A DNA stretch of 58,998 nt from a virus. Lineage: Duplodnaviria > Caudoviricetes. Made by a program: the position numbers and the translations under genes. The DNA lies in the IMG/VR virus record IMGVR_UViG_3300025009_000015, positions 1 to 58,998 of that record; one strand, written 5' to 3'. A model generated the notes under the pieces. The model had not been told where the DNA came from, did no database searches, and was given only the letters and a program-made list of their open reading frames with translations. Shown piece by piece: positions 1 through 8,368 of the stretch; positions within the stretch are counted from its first letter, which is position 1, and every line of letters starts with the position of its first letter.

Positions 1-127
1 CTCCATCGGGGCGAGGTAGCCGTCCGTGTCGTAGACCGGCTTGATCTCCCGCCCGGTTTTCCGGTCCTTGATCCAGCGGCGCGCGTATGCTGCTGTGCTC
101 CGGATCGGGACGTCGGGGAACCAGAAC
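1..127. repeat. Terminal overlap, identical to 58872-58998 (circular assembly)
   Basis: The first 127 nt are identical to the last 127 nt, and a CDS reads through the junction. Confidence 0.95.
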
Positions 128-2715
128 GCCCCCCTCGTCGATATAATGGTCTCGAGCCGTTTCGCCGCGAGCGTGGCGCGCCCCGGCCCCCAGGCGTCGT
201 ATGGGCACTCGTACAAAAACCCATCATGCTCGAACGCCCAGGGGCGCGCACCGTAGAGAGGGGACAGCCTCCCTGCCACGACCTCTACGGCCTCGTGAGC
301 TATGTCTCCGGGCCAGAGCTCGAGCACACTCTGAGCTATCCGACACTGCTCCTCTCGGACCCCAGGCATCATCCCCGTGTAACACTCCGTCGCGACGTGA
401 AAAAGCACGTCCCCCGCGAGGTCGGCGATACCACCCTGGAACGGTTGATTTCTCCCTGCCGTGTAGTTGCACCCCCCTCGTCTCCGGCCAGAGACCCGCT
501 GCGTGAAGGTGAACGTCGAGTCGCCGGAGCACCTGTCCCCGACCCAGCGCCCCGCTTTCCTCCCCTCCGGGAACGTGTCGTTGAGGACGTCAATCACCTC
601 CTGCGCCTGCTCGACAGTCGTCTCAACGCCGTACCCACGCGCGGCTTTCGCCAGTGTCGGCGCGCCCATCCCTCCCATCCAGCCGAACACGCCGGGGGAT
701 TTCGCGTACTGGCGCATGACCTTCACGACCAGGTACCCGACCACAAATCGGGCATCCTCGTCGGACAGGTGAGTCATGTGCTCAGACGATACACAACCTG
801 ACGTATCCCTACTACTCATGAAGGAATGAAGGTAAGGACACAGGTGGAGGTCCAGGATCGAGCACTGTCTGAGCGTAATCTCGTCCAGAGCCCAAGTCTG
901 TGCCTGATCTAACACGTGCCTGGGAATCCCACACCGATCGATTACTCCAGGTCCATCCTTTTTCCACGCAGAGGCCTGCTCATAGCTCACCCCCGCGAGC
1001 TGCGGGAAGTGTATCGCGGTCCAGAGGTGTGGGTCCCGCCCCTCCCGCAAAATTTCGGCCATACGGGAGAACCCGAACGTCTCGAGGCACCACTGCGCCC
1101 ACGCGACACACTCGGCCTGGTCGATGTCTGCTGCGAGGATCGCCCACCCGTCCCGGGCCACGAAGCACTCCCGGATTCCCCCGAACGCGGGGAGGTTCTG
1201 CACGTTCGGCCCGGAGCAACTGGTCCGGCCGGACTCTTTCGGGATCCAATACCTGGGCTGGATGGGATGTATCGTCCCGTGGATGAGCTGCGGGACGTAG
1301 GTGGTCCGGAGCTTCGTGACTCTCCCGAGCGCGGCCAGGATGAGCAGGACGGGGTCGCCGGACTCTTCCAGGACGGCGCGGCCCCACGAGACCTGCCCCT
1401 CCGGGAACGACTTCGAGGGGGGCGTCAGGGGGGTGACGATCGCACCCGTCCGCTTGTCACGGTACGACGTCCCCCCTCCGGCCGGGTCGATCTTCGAGAT
1501 GACCTGTCCCTCGCACTTCCCTGCGATGACGCCGGTCTCCTTCGAGAACGGGAGCGTGAACTCCTGCCCTGTTCTATCGAGGCAGATCATCCCCAGGTGC
1601 TGGCCCGCCAACTCCTTCTCTTCGTCCGTCTTTGCGTCCCGCCACGCGAACCGGACCAGGGGATACGGCTCGAGCTGGTTCGATATCGCGGCGACGAGGG
1701 GCAGGTCTACGTTCGAGGGGTCCTTGACGATGGCCTCGAGAATCCTCCCCTGCTCCGGTGTCAGGTCCCCGGAGTCCTCTTCATCCTCTCCCTCCGACTC
1801 TTCGTCCTCTCCGTCGCCCTCGGTCAGGAGCCGGAGCCTCGCTGAATCGATCCCGAGCCCCGCGTACACCCCGGCGACACGCTCCTGGACTTTTTTTCTC
1901 TTTTGGCCGACGTACGGTTTCCCCTGCTTCGTCTTTGCCTCCCCGAGCCCCGTGCTCAGCAGCAGAGACTCGACGGCCTGGCTGGCCAGCTCTATCCGCG
2001 CGGTCGTCGTCGCAACGCGCTCCGGGTCCGTCCGCATACCCCAGGCGGAACACAGATGTAGTGCCCACGCGGCGGCGATCTTCCGCCCCTCGTCCACGAT
2101 GAGCCAGGGTTGGTCCGGGTCCGTGTACCCGTCCCTCTCGGCCTCCGCCTGCTGATTCTCATAGATCAGCATACTGATTCTGGGGTCATCGACCGCGTAT
2201 CTGACTGCGTCCTCAGGCCACAGGTCGATCGGGATACCCAGCAGCTCGCTGTACCGGAGCCGCCAGGCGTCGGGGTTTTTCTTGTCCGCGCTGATGTCGA
2301 GGCCTAATCTCCTCTTCGCGCAAGCCCCTAGGTTCGTCAGGGGTTTCTTGTTCCCCTCCCGGGGGTCGGAGGACAGGACCCCCAGCGCCAACAGCAGGAG
2401 GCTCTCCCGCATCATCGTACAGGAGATCCGGCCCTCCGCGAGCGCTCGGAACACCAGGGCCATCAGCTCGAACTGGTAGCGCTCCGCCTCCGACGCGACC
2501 ATGACCGCCAGGTCGAACGTAACGTTGTGCCCTCCGATGGCGACGTCCCGATCTTCGAGCTGCGCTCGGAACCACTCGACACCGTCCCTCGGTGACAGGA
2601 TGTTCCGTGTCAGCTCGGATCCTTGCCGCTCGGTCCACGTCAGGCAGACGAGCGGGGGCGTCAGGTTCCCGGGGATGATTGTCGCGGTCTCAGTGTCGAA
2701 GTTCCGGAGAATCAA
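1..2715 (-). CDS. polA: DNA polymerase family A with 3'-5' exonuclease (~905 aa; stop codon at 58869-58871 across the junction)
   Basis: Translated by hand; absent from the ORF track. TTG start after GAGG. ExoI DTET, ExoII GHNVTFD, ExoIII YAVDD, SGRTSCSGPNVQNLP, motif A ADIDQAE, motif B RQYAK..FG, NQPFQG, motif C EHDG. No in-frame stops. Confidence 0.93.
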   Translation of the reverse strand, partial: MILRNFDTETATIIPGNLTPPLVCLTWTERQGSELTRNILSPRDGVEWFRAQLEDRDVAIGGHNVTFDLAVMVASEAERYQFELMALVFRALAEGRISCTMMRESLLLLALGVLSSDPREGNKKPLTNLGACAKRRLGLDISADKKNPDAWRLRYSELLGIPIDLWPEDAVRYAVDDPRISMLIYENQQAEAERDGYTDPDQPWLIVDEGRKIAAAWALHLCSAWGMRTDPERVATTTARIELASQAVESLLLSTGLGEAKTKQGKPYVGQKRKKVQERVAGVYAGLGIDSARLRLLTEGDGEDEESEGEDEEDSGDLTPEQGRILEAIVKDPSNVDLPLVAAISNQLEPYPLVRFAWRDAKTDEEKELAGQHLGMICLDRTGQEFTLPFSKETGVIAGKCEGQVISKIDPAGGGTSYRDKRTGAIVTPLTPPSKSFPEGQVSWGRAVLEESGDPVLLILAALGRVTKLRTTYVPQLIHGTIHPIQPRYWIPKESGRTSCSGPNVQNLPAFGGIRECFVARDGWAILAADIDQAECVAWAQWCLETFGFSRMAEILREGRDPHLWTAIHFPQLAGVSYEQASAWKKDGPGVIDRCGIPRHVLDQAQTWALDEITLRQCSILDLHLCPYLHSFMSSRDTSGCVSSEHMTHLSDEDARFVVGYLVVKVMRQYAKSPGVFGWMGGMGAPTLAKAARGYGVETTVEQAQEVIDVLNDTFPEGRKAGRWVGDRCSGDSTFTFTQRVSGRRRGGCNYTAGRNQPFQGGIADLAGDVLFHVATECYTGMMPGVREEQCRIAQSVLELWPGDIAHEAVEVVAGRLSPLYGARPWAFEHDGFLYECPYDAWGPGRATLAAKRLETIISTRGAFWFPDVPIRSTAAYARRWIKDRKTGREIKPVYDTDGYLAPME

Positions 2716-2741
2716 GGTAACCTCTCGAAGTTAAAAGGAAA

Positions 2742-2810
2742 TGTGCCTGCAAGCAGTCTATTCCGCCGCCTCGTCACGTGCCGAGTGCTCGACAATCGCA
2801 GGCAGGCACA
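2742..2810 (-). ncRNA. Degenerate cloverleaf (tRNA-like) RNA
   Basis: 9-bp terminal stem TGTGCCTGC/GCAGGCACA with three internal hairpins, including CTCG-GCACGTGA-CGAG; flanked by U-rich spacers. Confidence 0.4.
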
Positions 2811-2821
2811 AAAGAGAAATG

Positions 2822-2893
2822 TGTGTCCGTGAGGAGTCGAACCTCAGCCTGCCGATTAACAGTCGGTTGTGCGACCCAACACACCTCGGACAC
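2822..2893 (-). tRNA. tRNA-Asn(GTT), non-canonical at positions 8 and 14
   Basis: Acceptor GTGTCCG/CGGACAC-A, D arm GTGT/GCAC, anticodon arm CCGA-CTGTTAA-TCGG, T arm TGAGG-TTCGACT-CCTCA; no encoded CCA. Confidence 0.75.
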
Positions 2894-3001
2894 GGAAAAA
2901 ATGCCACCGGATCGTCGCTCTACCAGTGCTCCCCGGTGACCTGTACACCTCGCAGCATGCATACGCAGATCGAGTCCACTCTGCCGGTCTGGTGTAGGAG
3001 G

Positions 3002-3063
3002 TGGTGGGGCCGATGGAGTCCTCCTCCACAATCTGACGACATCGTGCGCCGAACAACAGCCCC
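3002..3063 (-). ncRNA. Miniature tRNA-like RNA ending in ACCA
   Basis: GGGGCTG...CGGCCCC-ACCA acceptor stem with two internal hairpins and no D arm. Confidence 0.35.
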
Positions 3064-3126
3064 AAAAATGATTATTGTACCACCGGTCAGACTTTCCAGC
3101 CGGCGGCGCCCTGGGTTGCGGACGGT

Positions 3127-3702
3127 TCAGAACGGAGCGCTCTCAGTCGAGACGGTCGCGGGGGACGACTGCTCGGACTCCTCTTCGTCGTACGGATACC
3201 AGTTCATGGGCGTGAAATCACCTCCCGCTTTCGTTTTGATCTTCTCGAGCACCTCTGCCCTGACGAGGATCCCTTCGTACTTCAGCGGATCGTTCTCCAC
3301 AGCTTCCAGAAATTCCTTGTCGATCTCACTCTGCGGCGTCCCAGAAACGGCCTCGAAATGCGCCTTCATCGCGCCGATTTTGGTCGAGACGTTCTCGTCT
3401 GCAGGGGACATTTTGGACACCCTCGACCTGCGAGAACCCTCTGGGTGTTTTTCCGTTCCACCCTCAACCACTTCGAACTCGATCACGAACTTTGAAACCT
3501 TTACGGTTGAGTCCTTGGACTTCTTCGATGTCCCTAGTACGTGTCGCACGATGCGTAACGTGTACCGCCCAGGGGTATCGAAATACGGCGCGTTCCCAAA
3601 ACCCTCGGCATCTCTGATCATCTTGTCCGAATACGAGTCGAATGTTCCCACTTCCTGTCCCTTTCTGTTCTCATTCTCGTTTTGCCCTGTCCCGCGGGCC
3701 AC
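3127..3702 (-). CDS. Putative ssDNA-binding protein (acidic tail ending ESAPF)
   Basis: Upstream of polA, beta-rich, acidic C-terminus with terminal PF. Confidence 0.55.
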   Translation of the reverse strand: MARGTGQNENENRKGQEVGTFDSYSDKMIRDAEGFGNAPYFDTPGRYTLRIVRHVLGTSKKSKDSTVKVSKFVIEFEVVEGGTEKHPEGSRRSRVSKMSPADENVSTKIGAMKAHFEAVSGTPQSEIDKEFLEAVENDPLKYEGILVRAEVLEKIKTKAGGDFTPMNWYPYDEEESEQSSPATVSTESAPF

Positions 3703-3733
3703 GGACTCCAGGAATCTGGAGTAGACTGTTCAC

Positions 3734-3776
3734 ACTGTATACATTTCATCGATGAAAAAGCAAGAGAAAAATTCAC
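3734..3776 (-). promoter_or_regulatory. Boxed sigma70-like promoter
   Basis: Minus strand GTGAATTTTT-CTC-TTGCTT...TATACAGT. Confidence 0.55.
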
Positions 3777-3970
3777 TCATCGTATTCTTGAAGTTCTTCT
3801 TTAAGTGCCTCGATCTTCCACTCGAAGTCTGAGATCTTCTCTTCGAGTTCTGCGATCTTCTCGTCCCTCTGCTGGGCTTCTTTCTCGAACCCTAGAATTC
3901 GCTCGTCTTTTTCCTCGAGCTCTTTTTCCAGCATGCGCAGATTCTCCCGTATGTCCTCAATCCATCTCAT
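3773..3970 (-). CDS. Small coiled-coil protein
   Basis: 65 aa E/K-rich heptads; RBS GAGG. Confidence 0.7.
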   Translation of the reverse strand: MRWIEDIRENLRMLEKELEEKDERILGFEKEAQQRDEKIAELEEKISDFEWKIEALKEELQEYDE

Positions 3971-3998
3971 GATTCACCTCACATAAAAAAAGAAAATT

Positions 3999-5801
3999 TC
4001 ACTCCCACGTCCCGACGATCAACCTCTGCAGGGTCCCACTGTAATGCAGGTACCTCGCGTCGACCAGGGCACGGTCAACCGACTCGTCCAGCCGGTCGAC
4101 GTGCGTCCAGAGGTCGACCTCCACCTCGTCCCGCTGCTGACCGGGACGGTGGATACGCCCGATGAGCTGCTCGACGTGCGACCCGGACGGGGTCGGGCAG
4201 GGTATCACCATCCGCCCGAACGACTCCAGGTCGTGCCCCTCCCCATGACTGTGCTCCGAGAGGCAGCAGCTCACCCCGTCATTCGGGGGCTCCTGCCCTC
4301 GGAGGAACACTCGGGCGCCGAGACCCTGGAGGGCTCGAGCAACGGCCCGGTGGTGGTACCAGACGATCGTCCCCGGAGTCTCCAGCTCGTCGACCATCCA
4401 CCCGACCACGTCAGCTGTGAGCCACACGGGCTCGACGGGAATCACCTCTTCCCCTCCCCCCGGGTGGTCGTCGAGGTACGCTATCCTGTACCTGTCCCGG
4501 ACCAGGCACCAGCCCTGGTACGCGGCGACCAGCCCGTGGGGCAGTCTCCCTGGGTCGGACTCCGCGATACGCGCGACGTGCCCGGGGGTGTCTACTCCGT
4601 CGCGCTCCCCCTGCCCCCCTATCACCAGGTAGTCACTCAGCTCGCTCGAGTAGAACGACCTGGCGCCCATCCAGTCCTTGTCCGGCTCCCCCTTCCGTGT
4701 GCGTTCCCACGCCCACCTGTAGAAAAACCCCATCGCCAGGGTCTCCGACGCGCGGGTGACCTCGACGTCCCCGAGGGCTGCGGCGCCGCTCGAGCCAGGT
4801 ATCAGCCCCGTGTCGGTCATCTCCCGGATCGCGCTCCGGATCTCCTGAGGACAGTCCCTGTGGACGCGCCGCAGGATGACCGACGCATCGCAGGACATGG
4901 TCTGGAGCGTCACCACCCCGGGGGTCGCTCGGACCCTCTTGTCCAGCGCCTCACGGCAGAGCTGGAGACGCGCGGAGGCGGATTCGTCCCACCGCTCCGG
5001 GCGCTCCCCCCAGGCGTCCACGATGGGGCGGAACATGCCCCAGTCAGTCGCCTCCGGGACGCCACGGCTCCCCAGGACGTTGTGCCAACTCTTGAGCTCA
5101 TTCTCGTCTATAGGGAGGTAGGAGCCGTCTCGGAGCGCGAGCTCGACCAGGTGCGCGGAGTCCTTCGGGGACCGCTTGTCGAACGTTCCGCTGAGCCATA
5201 CCCAGCGGATCTCCGGTCGTCTCTTTGCAACCCGGAGCACCCTCCTCGTGCGTCCTGCTTGGAGTCTAGCCAGTCTATGCGCCTCGTCTCCAATCACCAG
5301 ATCAGCCCCCAGCTCGTCGAGCAGCTCCGGGTTGACGCTTACCTCCTCGTAGCTGTGCAGGAGGATATCCGACCGCACCCGCCAGTGTCGCTTGATCTCC
5401 GGCATCGCCCGGAGCGTCTTCGACCTGAGCTTCGCAGGGACGAGCAGCACCGGTCGCTTGCACGGAAGGATGGAGGGCAGCAGGAGGGAGATCAAGGTCT
5501 TGCCCCCGCCGACTCCTATCCTACCCACGACCAGCCTGTCAGGATGGACGCGGGACTGGACGAGCGCCTCCGTCAGCGCTTCGGCCTGGACAGTCAGCAG
5601 GTGCTGACAGGACCCGTCCGAGCAGTCGCACCGCTCCCGCTTCCCCGCGTGCGCCGTCCCGGGCCAGCCTTTATCATGCGGCTGGACCACCTGCGGGCGG
5701 GCACTCAGGAGTGACTCGAGCCTGGCCCGAGCGTTCCCTGGGTGCGCCCCCCGCAGGGGGAGGGACAGGATGCGGCTGGTCTCGGAGGGGCGTGTCCTCA
5801 T
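3999..5801 (-). CDS. SF2 (DEAH/SNF2-like) helicase
   Basis: GVGGGKT, DEAH, LSGT, EQLIGRIHRPGQ. Confidence 0.9.
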   Translation of the reverse strand: MRTRPSETSRILSLPLRGAHPGNARARLESLLSARPQVVQPHDKGWPGTAHAGKRERCDCSDGSCQHLLTVQAEALTEALVQSRVHPDRLVVGRIGVGGGKTLISLLLPSILPCKRPVLLVPAKLRSKTLRAMPEIKRHWRVRSDILLHSYEEVSVNPELLDELGADLVIGDEAHRLARLQAGRTRRVLRVAKRRPEIRWVWLSGTFDKRSPKDSAHLVELALRDGSYLPIDENELKSWHNVLGSRGVPEATDWGMFRPIVDAWGERPERWDESASARLQLCREALDKRVRATPGVVTLQTMSCDASVILRRVHRDCPQEIRSAIREMTDTGLIPGSSGAAALGDVEVTRASETLAMGFFYRWAWERTRKGEPDKDWMGARSFYSSELSDYLVIGGQGERDGVDTPGHVARIAESDPGRLPHGLVAAYQGWCLVRDRYRIAYLDDHPGGGEEVIPVEPVWLTADVVGWMVDELETPGTIVWYHHRAVARALQGLGARVFLRGQEPPNDGVSCCLSEHSHGEGHDLESFGRMVIPCPTPSGSHVEQLIGRIHRPGQQRDEVEVDLWTHVDRLDESVDRALVDARYLHYSGTLQRLIVGTWE

Positions 5802-5998
5802 GACTGGTCACCGTCCGGAGGTGTGGTCTTCCCTTCGACGGTCTGCTCCACAGTCTTCGCAGGGAAAAAATGGACGTTATCGACCAATGGATCTTGTATC
5901 CCCTTCCGACACTCGACGATGCCTCTGCGAAGAGACTCCCGCTCGATCGACTTGCGAACCATCTTTGCCTTATGCTCGAGTGTTTTCTTGGTCTTCAT
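5798..5998 (-). CDS. Hypothetical protein
   Basis: ATG after GGAG; stop overlaps the helicase start. Confidence 0.6.
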   Translation of the reverse strand: MKTKKTLEHKAKMVRKSIERESLRRGIVECRKGIQDPLVDNVHFFPAKTVEQTVEGKTTPPDGDQS

Positions 5999-6020
5999 TT
6001 CGTGCTCCAAAAAGGTAAAA

Positions 6021-6119
6021 GTCGGTGCCAGGCCTCTCTCCTGGTGGGGACAAAATGCAGGACAGGACAATCGATTTACACGCTCCCTGCACGACTCCCC
6101 ATGTTTTCACCACACCGAC
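6021..6119 (-). ncRNA. tRNA-like RNA with extended central arm
   Basis: 7-bp GTCGGTG/CACCGAC stem stacked on a 5-bp/7-nt hairpin CCAGG-AGAGAGG-CCTGG; long arm TGGGGA..TGCAGG/CCTGCA..TCCCCA. Confidence 0.45.
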
Positions 6120-6135
6120 ACAAAAGAAAAAAGGA

Positions 6136-6208
6136 TCTCTCGTCCGGGAATCTAACCCAGGCCTCCTGTCACGTGTACAGGTATGCGATACAACTACACC
6201 GACGAGAG
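6136..6208 (-). tRNA. Degenerate tRNA (nominal anticodon ACG, Arg-like)
   Basis: Acceptor CTCTCGT/ACGAGAG-A, anticodon arm CCTGT-ACACGTG-ACAGG, T arm CTGGG-TTAGATT-CCCGG; lacks U8, U33 and purine 37. Confidence 0.55.
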
Positions 6209-6210
6209 AA

Positions 6211-6325
6211 AGGGGGGGCCTGCCACGCCGCGGGGGCGGAAAACTTGGAGCGCCGTCGCGGACGCTCCCCGGGCGGAGGCCCCCCTCTGGTTCGCTGCGA
6301 GATGACCACCGCGACGGCCAGAGGG
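6211..6325 (-). ncRNA. GC-rich stem-closed RNA structure(s)
   Basis: GGGGGGCCT/AGGCCCCCC stem with GGAGCG/CGCTCC hairpin; adjacent CCCTCTGG/CCAGAGGG hairpin. Confidence 0.3.
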
Positions 6326-6332
6326 TCGGAGT

Positions 6333-8303
6333 CTATTTCGTGCCGACGACCAGAGACGAGCGCCGATCGAGCCAGAAGTGCCGGGTATCCTTCCAGAGCT
6401 TGTCCGAGCTGTCGACGACGATCACACAGGACGCCGGGGGGGACGCGATCAATCGCTCGGTCAGGAGTCCTGGAAGCAGGTACCCAGGTTCAACGAGCAG
6501 GGCGTCGGGGACCTTTTTCGCTTCGGCGATGGACTTGAGGTACGGCCGGAGGACGTCAGAGAATTCCCGCACGTCTGCCCGCCCGACTGGTCGACAGTCG
6601 ACGAAGAGCTCGTACCTGCTGCCAGGTCTCGGCTCCGGCTTCTGCTCGGGCTTCTCTTCCGGCTTCTGCTCGGGCTTCTCTTCCGGCTTCTGCTCGGGCT
6701 TCTCTTCCGGCTTCTGCTCGGGCTTCTCTTCCGGCTTCTGCTCGGGCTTCACCTCAAGCTCGGACTTCTGCTCTTCCTTCCGGACGAGCTGCGCGAGGAT
6801 CTGCGCCGCGACCGTCTTCCCGATCCCTGGAACCCTGGTCAGGTCGATCAGCTTGACGGCCCCGCTCCGGAGTGACTCGAGCGTGTGCCCCGCTGTGACG
6901 ATGTTCCGCGCCCGGTTCTCGGTCAGCCCGACCGACGTCAGCTCCTTGACCTTCCCCTCGTCCACCGCGGGAGTCGTCCCCTCCGTCTGGGCTGCGACCT
7001 GCTGTGCTGCGTCTCCGAAGATCTCCTCTTCGGCCGACTTCGTCTCGGCCACCGGGAGGGAGGCAGCCTCTGCCACCGGAGCGACCTCCGCGTCCCAGGC
7101 CTCGAGCTGCGGGATATAGATTGTCCTGAGTCCGACGATGTCCATTTCCTCGCACCCGGGGGCCTTCCCCTCCGCCCTGTGCGTCCCGGACGGGGCACTG
7201 AGCTGGTGGAACCCGGGGGCGGACTCGGCCTCGTCGAGCTTGTCGCCGACGTAAAATTTCCACGCACCGGAGAAACACCGGAGCTCCCAGTGCTTCCCGT
7301 GGCGGTCACCCTGGATCGCCAGGTACTGTTTCCCGCCTGGCATGATCGTCTTTCTGCTGCGCAACACTGCGTCCATCGTCCTCTCCTCGTATTGTGCCGC
7401 GTCGGGCGGCGAGATAAGATTTTTCACACTTTCCTCCCGTGCGGCAGGGGCCGTCCCCTCCGCGATGCTGTCTATCGTCCTCCCGGCTCCCCCCGAACCT
7501 CTCCCGGCCCCCGCGTCGAGCAGCGCCCCGAGCGAGTCCGAGACGTGGACCGCCCTCGCCCCGTGACACCGAGCATAAAACGGGCACTCGGATCCATACC
7601 ACCTCTCACACGTCGCGCGCTCTGCCGCAGGCAGCTCGAGCGTGCTCTCCTCTGCCAGTGCTGCGCGCATGGTCGCGACCAAAGGGCGGTCGCGCTCCTC
7701 CAGCTCCGTCGCTTGATTGATCCCGACCCCCCGGACCAGGGCTTGCGCTCGGTACGGTGCCGTCCGCTCGACGCTGACCTGTGAGACCTCGAACAGGTTC
7801 GGGACGGGGCGGTTCGCCTCCCGGTGGATCCCGACCGCGTAGGCGATCGTCTGCCGGTCGCTGTCGAGCTGCTCGAGCGTCTTCGCCCACTTGAGATCCT
7901 TGACGACCTTCAGATCAGTTACCCGGATCTGCCCTTTTTTCTGCGCACGGTTCAGTGGACTCCAGACCGTGCTCGGCCCGGTCAGGAGGTCGATCTTCCC
8001 GATGAGCGGAGCCCCCGCCCAGTCGCACCGGACCCACCGCTGGACCTGGACGCAGGACTGTCCTGGGATCGGGTAGTGCTTCGCGACGACCGCAGCGGCC
8101 CCGGAGACCTGCGAGGGCTTCCCGAGCATGTACTCCTCTACCTGCCGGTCGATGTCCGTCCCGATGTCGATCACCCGCTGGCGGTCGGGGGGGATCTCCA
8201 CTTTAACGCCGATCACGTGCTGCCAGTGCCAGTGCCGGAGGCACGTGTCCGCGTCGTTCAGCTTCGAGACGGAAATCATGAAAGGCTTTTTGTCCATGCT
8301 CAC
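6333..8303 (-). CDS. Cas4/AddB-like PD-(D/E)XK exonuclease with HhH domain and KPE(Q/E) repeats
   Basis: SVSKL..TC, GKIDL, TDLK, QTIAY, CERWYGSECPFYARC; VPGIGKTVA helix-hairpin-helix. Confidence 0.8.
   Translation of the reverse strand: MSMDKKPFMISVSKLNDADTCLRHWHWQHVIGVKVEIPPDRQRVIDIGTDIDRQVEEYMLGKPSQVSGAAAVVAKHYPIPGQSCVQVQRWVRCDWAGAPLIGKIDLLTGPSTVWSPLNRAQKKGQIRVTDLKVVKDLKWAKTLEQLDSDRQTIAYAVGIHREANRPVPNLFEVSQVSVERTAPYRAQALVRGVGINQATELEERDRPLVATMRAALAEESTLELPAAERATCERWYGSECPFYARCHGARAVHVSDSLGALLDAGAGRGSGGAGRTIDSIAEGTAPAAREESVKNLISPPDAAQYEERTMDAVLRSRKTIMPGGKQYLAIQGDRHGKHWELRCFSGAWKFYVGDKLDEAESAPGFHQLSAPSGTHRAEGKAPGCEEMDIVGLRTIYIPQLEAWDAEVAPVAEAASLPVAETKSAEEEIFGDAAQQVAAQTEGTTPAVDEGKVKELTSVGLTENRARNIVTAGHTLESLRSGAVKLIDLTRVPGIGKTVAAQILAQLVRKEEQKSELEVKPEQKPEEKPEQKPEEKPEQKPEEKPEQKPEEKPEQKPEPRPGSRYELFVDCRPVGRADVREFSDVLRPYLKSIAEAKKVPDALLVEPGYLLPGLLTERLIASPPASCVIVVDSSDKLWKDTRHFWLDRRSSLVVGTK
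6634..6750. repeat. Perfect 24-bp tandem repeat (~4.9 copies) encoding KPEQKPEE
   Basis: Unit TCCGGCTTCTGCTCGGGCTTCTCT. Confidence 0.95.
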
Positions 8304-8325
8304 CCCAAATCAAAATTCTGTCTCT

Positions 8326-8368
8326 ACCATAATCAACCGCTCGAAAAAGATCAACATAAAAAATTCAC
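8326..8368 (-). promoter_or_regulatory. Boxed sigma70-like promoter
   Basis: GTGAATTTTT..TTGATC-N17-TATGGT. Confidence 0.7.

Noticed and set aside
3002-3063. tmRNA
   Set aside because: Too short, no G3-U70 pair, no tag reading frame
2741-3724. 327-aa plus-strand ORF across the RNA array
   Set aside because: No motifs or RBS; antisense to the tRNA and the ssb-like gene
4044-5714. Long plus-strand ORFs opposite real genes (also 916-1845, 6025-7119, 55152-56366)
   Set aside because: Antisense shadows typical of GC-rich coding DNA; the motif-bearing proteins are on the other strand
6634-6750. 24-bp repeats as a CRISPR array next to a Cas4-like gene
   Set aside because: The repeats are contiguous with no spacers and lie in frame within the CDS
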